NCBI GenBank assembly: GCA_024697645.1
Contig: JAILFH010000037.1
Location: 7,338 to 71,337 of the forward strand
Source: Prevotella sp.
Lineage (GTDB): Bacteria; Bacteroidota; Bacteroidia; Bacteroidales; Bacteroidaceae
Direction of reading: 5' to 3'
DNA: 64,000 nucleotides
The notes below the pieces were generated by a model, which was not told where the DNA came from, ran no database searches, and worked only from the letters and a program-made list of their open reading frames with translations. The position numbers were made by a program, and so were the translations under genes. This document shows, piece after piece, positions 59,975 to 64,000 of this stretch (its first letter is position 1; the number at the start of each line of letters is the position of its first letter).

Positions 59975-60466
59975 ATGCAGGATTTTGCAGCCATAGATTT
60001 CGAAACGGCAAATCAGGAACCAACAAGTGTCTGCTCCGTTGGAATCATTATAGTGAGGAACGGAGAGTTTGTCAATTCTTTCTATTCACTCATCCAACCT
60101 GAACCCAACTACTACCTATATTGGAACACAAGGGTGCATGGTCTAACCTATAAGGACACTGACTCTGCTCCAGTATTTCCGAAGGTATGGAAACAGATAG
60201 AGCCTCTGATAGAAGGACTTCCACTTGTTGCCCATAACAAAGCCTTCGACGAACGATGCTTACGAGCAGTGATGAGATGCTACCAAATGGACTATCCCGA
60301 CTACGAATTCCATTGCACATTAATTGCATCTCGACGAAAAATGAAGTGGCTATCCAATCATCAACTCCACACTGTGGCAGAAGCATGTGGATTCCATTTA
60401 GAGAACCATCATCACGCATTGGCTGACGCTGAAGCATGTGCATGGATTGCCAGAGAAATTCTTTAA
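59975..60466 (+). CDS. DEDDh 3'-5' exonuclease (Pol III epsilon-like)
   Basis: AIDFETAN, VAHN..FD, HHALADA. Confidence 0.92.
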   Translation: MQDFAAIDFETANQEPTSVCSVGIIIVRNGEFVNSFYSLIQPEPNYYLYWNTRVHGLTYKDTDSAPVFPKVWKQIEPLIEGLPLVAHNKAFDERCLRAVMRCYQMDYPDYEFHCTLIASRRKMKWLSNHQLHTVAEACGFHLENHHHALADAEACAWIAREIL

Positions 60467-60502
60467 TAAGTAGATAAGATTTTACTGTAGAAAAATAAGA
60501 AT

Positions 60503-63500
60503 ATGAATAGCAACGATAAGACGTTGAAGATAGAGTATCTGCCTTGCATGAACTATGCAATGACGATGAATGGTCGTCGATGTATAGAATATATTGAACT
60601 GACAAATTCCACCAATGACACTTGGAATGAAATACGTGTAAGCGTGAGCGGGGAACTGTTCACAACTGACACAATGGTGGTTGACAAAATTTCATCGGGA
60701 CAAACCTTCAGACTAACAGAACTGGATGTAAAACCCGATAAGGACAAATTGCGCGAACTCACTGAAAGTGTTGAGACGCAATTCACCGTGGATGTCGTGG
60801 CAGGCAATGAAAGCAAGATGAGAAAAACTTTTCCCCTGAGATTACTTGCATTCGACGAATGGCCTGGTGTAGACGTCATGCCAGAAGTCCTTGCTGCTTT
60901 CGTTATGCCAAACATGCCAGAACTGTCACGCATTAAAATCAATGCAGCCACCTATCTCGAGAAACTCACAGGTTCTTCTTCTCTCGACGAATATCAGACG
61001 CAAGATCCTAATCGTGCACGCGCTCAAGTAGCCGCCATCTATGAAGCCCTACGCTGTGAGGGATTGGTCTATTCTGCCCCACCTGCTTCATTTGAAAAAA
61101 CTGGACAGCGAGTACGCTTGGCCGACACTGTATTAAGTAGTAAACTAGGCACATGCATGGATTTGTCATTACTTATGGTTTCACTACTGGAATCATGTGG
61201 CCTGCATCCGATAATCATTATTCAGCAAGGACATATGTATGTGGGCTGCTGGCTCATTGACCATTATTGTTCACACAGCGTGAGTGATGACTTATCGTAT
61301 CTTTCAAAGGCTACAGCAGATGGCATCAGCCAGATGGTTGTCGTCGAAAGCACTGCCATCACGAGTTCTAATGCCATTCCATTTGAGGAAGCAGTTAGCA
61401 TGGCAGAGCGACATTTGGTTGCCGACCAAGCCAAGTTCGTATTGTTCTGTGATATTTATCGCTGCCGGATGGAAGGCATTCGCCCTTTGCCTATGAAGGT
61501 GAACGGTGTTTGGCAAAACGATGGAATCAACCATAGTAATGCCACCGAAGATGTGGCGAAAATGGAAGACATCACGCTTGATATTAATAAGAAAGGGGAA
61601 CGCTCACGCCAACAGATTTGGGAGCGTAAACTGCTCGACTTTTCCATGCGAAACAATCTGCTAAACCTGCGCATTGGCCGACGTGTCATCCCATTCGCAT
61701 CATTCCAGATTGACAGCATCGAGGACCATCTGCAGGAACATGAGGATTTCTCAATAAGAAGTCTTGATTATGGAGAACGCAAGCAGAAATTTTCTGCCGA
61801 TGAATTTGGCGTTTACGACTCACGTCTATATAAAGACCAACTGGAACAACTTGTCGTTGAAGATCAGAAACATCACATTCTGAACAGTTATCTCTCTAGT
61901 GAAGACCTGTTAACCACACAGAAAACGCTTTTCCGTGAATCACGAACGGCGTTAGAAGAAAATGGAGCATCAACGCTTTACATGGTTTTTGGCTTGATGA
62001 AATGGTACGAAACGGAAAAGAGCGTGCGCCCACGCTATGCTCCCCTTTTGCTTTTGCCCGTTGACCTAATCAGAAAAAGTGGAAACAACTACGTCATTCG
62101 CCGTCGTGATGAGGAAATGACCATCAACACTACACTTGTGGAGAAGTTGCGCCAGGAATATCAAATCGATCTGAAAGGTCTCCAGCCACTACCTGAAGAT
62201 GAACACGGCTATGACGTGCGGAGCATCCTTGCCACAGTGCGAGCACAACTGGCCGGTCATGCCCATTGGGATGTTGTAGACGAAGTTCTGCTTGGATTGT
62301 TCTCATTCAACAAGTTTGTGATGTGGAACGATATTCACAACAATGAGGATAAAATGCGTCGTTCTCCTATTATCGAAAGTTTGCTGAAGAAGCATTGGGT
62401 CGGTGGAAATGACGAACAGAATGCCAAGAATACCAACATTTCTGATATCGACCGCACGATAGAACCAAAGGAACTTGCCATGCCTGTCGATGTAGATTCA
62501 TCGCAAATGGAGGCTGTTGTAGAATCGGGAGAAGGCCATAGTTTCATTCTTTATGGTCCTCCAGGAACTGGTAAAAGCCAAACCATCACAAACATGATTG
62601 CCAATGCTCTCTTCCATGGCAAGCGAGTTTTGTTTGTTGCTGAAAAGATGGCTGCATTGGAGGTTGTTCAGAAACGTCTAAAGAAAGTTGGATTGGACCC
62701 ATTCTGTCTGGAACTACACTCTAATAAGGTGACAAAGAGCCACTTACTGCAACAACTCAAGACCACCCTTGAATTGACACGTATCAAAACTCCTGCCGAA
62801 TATGAACAGGCTTCAAAAGAACTTTTCGAACAGCGCCGGCAATTGACAACTTACATCGAGCAACTTCACAAGAAGCAGTCATCGGGCCTTTCTCTTTATG
62901 ATTGCATTGCCCGATTCAAAGCAATAGAGGGCGAAGCCATTCAACCCTCTGGTGTATTTATGAACGGGCTGACCAAGGAGAAACTCCAGGAAGCCAAAGA
63001 GAAAATAGAAGCGCTCGACACAGTATTTACTATCACAGGACAACCTTCTGAACATCCCCTGTTAGGATTGTCTATCTACGATCCTTCACAAGAAGCGCAA
63101 AGTACAATCGAGGAACGACTATCGCTCATCACAGAACAAATGGGGAAGACTGATAGTCTGATTAGCCGACTGAATGCTTTGGCTAGTTTCAAACAACCTC
63201 ATTCGATGAATGGTGCGCGTTGGGCAGCCAAACTTATCAATCGCCGGCAAACCCTCATTGAGAATTTCGGCGAAGGCATCATCGGACAGGATGTTGTATC
63301 ACTGCGTACAAGATGGACTGAGATAGGCGAAAAATGGTTCCTGCCCCGATTCTTTGCCAAGCGCTCATTCATGAAAATGCTGCGTTCTATTAGTCCGATG
63401 ATGAAGGAGGTTGACGTGGAACCCATGCTGCAGCAATTGGAAGAACTTCGTCAGCAGTTGCAGGAAATAGGCTTAGAAAAAATGCCGACATTGCCAGTAG

Positions 63501-64000
63501 ATGAAATGCAGACTTGCCAGCAACTAGTAGAAACTGTTGATGGAATGAAGGAACTTTGCACATTCGACGATGAGAATTTCGACACATTGCGCCGACAGAT
63601 TCCGCAGTGGCAACAAAACATCAACCACAGCCGCGAATGGACGCAGTGGAGTGTTCGCAAAAGGGAATTGGAGGAGATGCGACTGGAGAAAGTTGTTAGC
63701 CGTGTCAGCAAAGACCATATCACAGGACATAAAGCCGCTCAGGCCATGCTCAAGGGAGCCTATCGATATATGGCTATGCAAATCATTGACTCTGACTCCC
63801 AACTGCAGTTGTTCAATGGTCTGCTCTTCGAAGATGCAATCGAGAAATACCGCAACATGGCCAAAGAATTCCAGGAGTTAACGAAGAAGATGCTTTATTG
63901 TAAACTGGCTGCCAATGTACCGGCACAAACGATAGAACCGTCTGCTGCATCGGAACTCGGAATTCTGAAACGCTACATTGCCTCAAATGGACGTGGAGCC
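60503..64000 (+). CDS. Large DUF4011-type SF1 helicase, 5' part (runs off the window)
   Basis: Not in the ORF track because it is partial. ATG 60503; in the same frame are GTCMDL (61148), WERKLLDFSMRNNLL (61619) and Walker A GPPGTGKSQTI (62555), followed by RVLFVAEK.AAL.VV..RL. Confidence 0.85.
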   Translation, partial: MNSNDKTLKIEYLPCMNYAMTMNGRRCIEYIELTNSTNDTWNEIRVSVSGELFTTDTMVVDKISSGQTFRLTELDVKPDKDKLRELTESVETQFTVDVVAGNESKMRKTFPLRLLAFDEWPGVDVMPEVLAAFVMPNMPELSRIKINAATYLEKLTGSSSLDEYQTQDPNRARAQVAAIYEALRCEGLVYSAPPASFEKTGQRVRLADTVLSSKLGTCMDLSLLMVSLLESCGLHPIIIIQQGHMYVGCWLIDHYCSHSVSDDLSYLSKATADGISQMVVVESTAITSSNAIPFEEAVSMAERHLVADQAKFVLFCDIYRCRMEGIRPLPMKVNGVWQNDGINHSNATEDVAKMEDITLDINKKGERSRQQIWERKLLDFSMRNNLLNLRIGRRVIPFASFQIDSIEDHLQEHEDFSIRSLDYGERKQKFSADEFGVYDSRLYKDQLEQLVVEDQKHHILNSYLSSEDLLTTQKTLFRESRTALEENGASTLYMVFGLMKWYETEKSVRPRYAPLLLLPVDLIRKSGNNYVIRRRDEEMTINTTLVEKLRQEYQIDLKGLQPLPEDEHGYDVRSILATVRAQLAGHAHWDVVDEVLLGLFSFNKFVMWNDIHNNEDKMRRSPIIESLLKKHWVGGNDEQNAKNTNISDIDRTIEPKELAMPVDVDSSQMEAVVESGEGHSFILYGPPGTGKSQTITNMIANALFHGKRVLFVAEKMAALEVVQKRLKKVGLDPFCLELHSNKVTKSHLLQQLKTTLELTRIKTPAEYEQASKELFEQRRQLTTYIEQLHKKQSSGLSLYDCIARFKAIEGEAIQPSGVFMNGLTKEKLQEAKEKIEALDTVFTITGQPSEHPLLGLSIYDPSQEAQSTIEERLSLITEQMGKTDSLISRLNALASFKQPHSMNGARWAAKLINRRQTLIENFGEGIIGQDVVSLRTRWTEIGEKWFLPRFFAKRSFMKMLRSISPMMKEVDVEPMLQQLEELRQQLQEIGLEKMPTLPVDEMQTCQQLVETVDGMKELCTFDDENFDTLRRQIPQWQQNINHSREWTQWSVRKRELEEMRLEKVVSRVSKDHITGHKAAQAMLKGAYRYMAMQIIDSDSQLQLFNGLLFEDAIEKYRNMAKEFQELTKKMLYCKLAANVPAQTIEPSAASELGILKRYIASNGRGA

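Noticed and set aside
675-63881. Numerous short or antisense ORFs in the six-frame track
   Set aside because: They overlap well-supported genes on the other strand or frame and show no motifs; treated as shadow ORFs

Overview
Bacteroidales chromosomal window, most like Prevotella: TAnnTTTG -7 promoter boxes, Prevotella-type T9SS C-terminal domains, and hemicellulose-active glycoside hydrolases. Most of it is housekeeping: pyrC, dnaX, a queF/yhhQ pair under a preQ1-I riboswitch, coaE-yajC-nusB, rplY-pth-hslR, aroB, a split men operon, ndk, and GH43/GH2/GH5/GH3/GH89. No tRNA, rRNA, CRISPR array, transposase or integrase was recognised. The stand-out region is 29.2-42.1 kb. It holds three tandem, separately promoted and terminated copies of an uncharacterised three-gene module: a 1070-1250 aa T9SS-type secreted protein with a swappable internal domain, a 61-63 aa MKxxYxxP-leader Gly-rich peptide preceded by a Shine-Dalgarno that overlaps the upstream stop, and a 93 aa single-TM microprotein whose copies differ mainly at synonymous sites. 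The three copies are recombinational mosaics. Other notable items are an exported GPx-nitroreductase fusion in a redox cluster with an OxyR-like operator, a ~345 bp inverted-repeat element built from CCTACC(AT) units, two copies of a 22-bp periodic array, heptamer tracts between back-to-back promoters, and a partial DUF4011-type SF1 helicase (defence candidate) at the right edge. All calls come from reading motifs by eye; no database searches were run. Several starts were moved from the ORF track to the more plausible codon.
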